NCBI GenBank assembly: GCA_051942245.1
Contig: JAVECL010000205.1
Location: 1-36,277, forward strand
DNA: 36,277 nt
Source: Trypethelium eluteriae
Taxonomy: Eukaryota
Direction of reading: 5' to 3'
Numbering within the stretch: position 1 is the first letter of the stretch; each line of letters begins with the position of its first letter. The notes under the pieces were generated by a model. The model was not told where the DNA came from. It did not search any database and saw nothing but the letters and a program-made list of their open reading frames with translations. Of this stretch, positions 34,101-36,277 are shown piece by piece. Made by a program: the position numbers and the translations under genes.

Positions 34101-36277
34101 GGCTCTGACAGCAACCGCGACAGCGAATGTCAAGGTAGACGTGATGCACAATTTAGGAATGACTGGATGTGCTGTCTTTACATCAAGCTTCAATCGGCCT
34201 GGTCTGCACTATGAGGTACGGCAGAAAGGCAAAGAGAAAGACGTGCTGGATAGCATCGCCAACATCATTAACAACAATTATCCTCTGCAGTCTGGCATTG
34301 TCTATTGTTTGTCTCGGAAGAAATGCGAGCTCGTGGCCCAGAAGTTGGAGGAAGAGTATGGAATTCGAGCGCACCATTACCATGCTGGACTGGATGCGGA
34401 CCTGAAACGGACTGTGCAACGAAAGTGGCAAGAAGGTCGATATAGTGTTATCGTTGCCACTATAGCCTTTGGTATGGGCATTGACAAGGCTAATGTCCGC
34501 TTCGTCATTCACCATACTATTCCTAAAAGCCTGGAAGGTTACTACCAAGAAACTGGCAGAGCGGGTCGCGATAGCAAAAGGTCTGGGTGCTATCTCTTCT
34601 ATGGGTATCGGGATACCAGAGTCCTTAGAGATATGATCGATCAGGGTGATGGTAACTGGGAGCAGAAGGAACGCCAACGCGAAATGCTGAGAAACATGGT
34701 ACAGTTCTGCGAAAATAGAAGCGATTGCAGAAGGGTCCAGCTTCTGGCATATTTTGGCGAGACGTTTCGCCAGGAAGACTGCAATGGCGCTTGCGATAAC
34801 TGCTTGTCGGAGAGTACGTTTCAAATGCAGGATTTCACAGATTTCGCAGCTTCTGCTATGCGCCTTGTCAAGCGCTTGCAGGACGACAGAGTCACCTTGT
34901 TGCATTGCGTGGACATTCTTAGAGGCTCAAAAAACAAGAAGATCACGCAAGAAAGGCACGACCAGCTCGAAGAGTATGGGGTTGGACGGGACCTTGACCG
35001 GGGCGATGTTGAGCGCTTGTTTTACCGTCTGCTCAGTGAGGATGCATTACAGGAACAGAACGTCGTGAACAAAGCTGGCTTTCCCATCCAGTACATTTTC
35101 GTAAGTGTTGTCGTCTTTCGCGCCCATCAATTGCTAACTTCAAGGAGCCCGGTAGAAGGTGTGGTGAGGTTTTGGACGGCAAGCAGCGCCTCAAACTCCA
35201 GGTCCGAGTTTCGCCTCGCACAAAATCCAAACTACCTATATCGAAGCCACCCAGAACCGGAAAGACTGGTGGGTCTACAGCTCAACAGGGGCATCCTTTG
35301 TCAACGAATGTGTCGTCGCCCGTACAAGCAGCATCCGAACGTCGCAACGTCCGAAGACCCAATAATGATCCCTCGCGTGCATCGAGTGATGATGACGACG
35401 ATGATGAAGCTTTCGGTCCTATTCGAATCCAAGGCCACCGTAAGATGAGAAGTGATCGACGGCAGGCCAGTCTTGGAGTTCCGATTACAGTCGACCAGAA
35501 GATGGCAGATTTGGATGATGTGCATCGCATGGTCCTTGAGGATTTCATGCATCATGCCAAGCAGATGTGCCGAAAAATCCTGATCGAAAAATCCTTGCGG
35601 AGCGTGCCATTTACAGACACAACGCTCCGTGAATTTGCTATCAATCTCCCGGATAGCGTTGATGAAATGAAGCAAATAGCCGGAGTAGATGAACAAAAGG
35701 TCGACTTTCACGGATCAAAGTTTTTACCACTGATCAAGAATGCCCGAAAGCTCTACGAACAGCTATCAGGAGAGCAGGAACAGTTACAAGATCCTAATCA
35801 CGAGAATGTCATCAACCTGATATCAGAAGATGAAGATCGGACAACGGAGAGCGAAGAACATAGTGAGGTCTCTTGTTCCTCTGACATTGATCAAGAGTTT
35901 GAAAGGAGGGGACTTCCGTCTCAGCAGGATGGATCGACAACGGATGACGAAGAGCCTGAGCATAGAAGTCAATACTTCGACAGGCGGCCACCTGAAGTGC
36001 ACGCGTTTAATTCTCAACTTGCTATCACGAAGCAGAGAAGGGAACAAGACGTAGGGAAGAAGGGTAAGACGGCTGCATCAAGAGCATCCGGAAGGGGCGG
36101 TGGTACTGCTGGTCAGCGGAGGAAATCATCATATCGAGGTGGCTATACTAGATCCAAATCATTTGGATCGGACTTCAAGCAATCGCGAGGAAATAAGAGT
36201 GCGCCAAGACGAAGGGCATCAGGGAGTAGGAATTCCTCTCGAGGTTCCAGGGCCGGAGGGGCTGGGGGTAGTAGGGG
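31192..36277 (+). CDS. SGS1: RecQ helicase Sgs1/MusN (BLM orthologue); 3' end lies outside the window
   Basis: MTINNLSQHLSWLL N-terminus; LMPTGGGKSLCYQLP, IDEAHCVSQWGHDFRPDY, ALTATA, ATIAFGMGIDK, YYQETGRAGRD; RQC Zn-binding Cys. After an intron from 35101 to 35144 or 35147 the frame stays open through an HRDC-like region to the window end. Confidence 0.96.

Noticed and set aside
35101..35448. SGS1 ending at 35448 as in the ORF track
   Set aside because: A consensus intron begins at 35101, and the true frame continues through the HRDC region beyond the window end.

Overview
Gene-dense, intron-rich region of a filamentous ascomycete (Pezizomycotina) nuclear genome, mostly housekeeping genes. 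In order: the 3' part of BNA6, a LaeA-like SAM methyltransferase, a hypothetical protein, NOP56, CCT6, tubulin cofactor C, a spliced CBP6 gene missed by the ORF track, BSD2, rhomboid RBD2, GAA1, a Cys-rich single-pass membrane protein, ACO1, BUD20, MOG1, a coiled-coil pseudogene, a LACTB2-like metallo-beta-lactamase, EFM5, a YEN1/GEN1-like XPG nuclease and SGS1 (runs off the window). Seven gene pairs are head-to-head. Features not explained by this gene set: a ~190-bp TA-flanked foldback MITE and a solo end of the same family 16.5 kb away, both followed by a shared 14-mer; an E-to-K change in the catalytic EAEA motif of the YEN1-like nuclease; a GC-AG intron with a very weak donor; and a strongly base-paired stretch after the CCT6 stop. 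All exon boundaries were inferred by eye and no database search was run. I found no clear multi-gene novel system.
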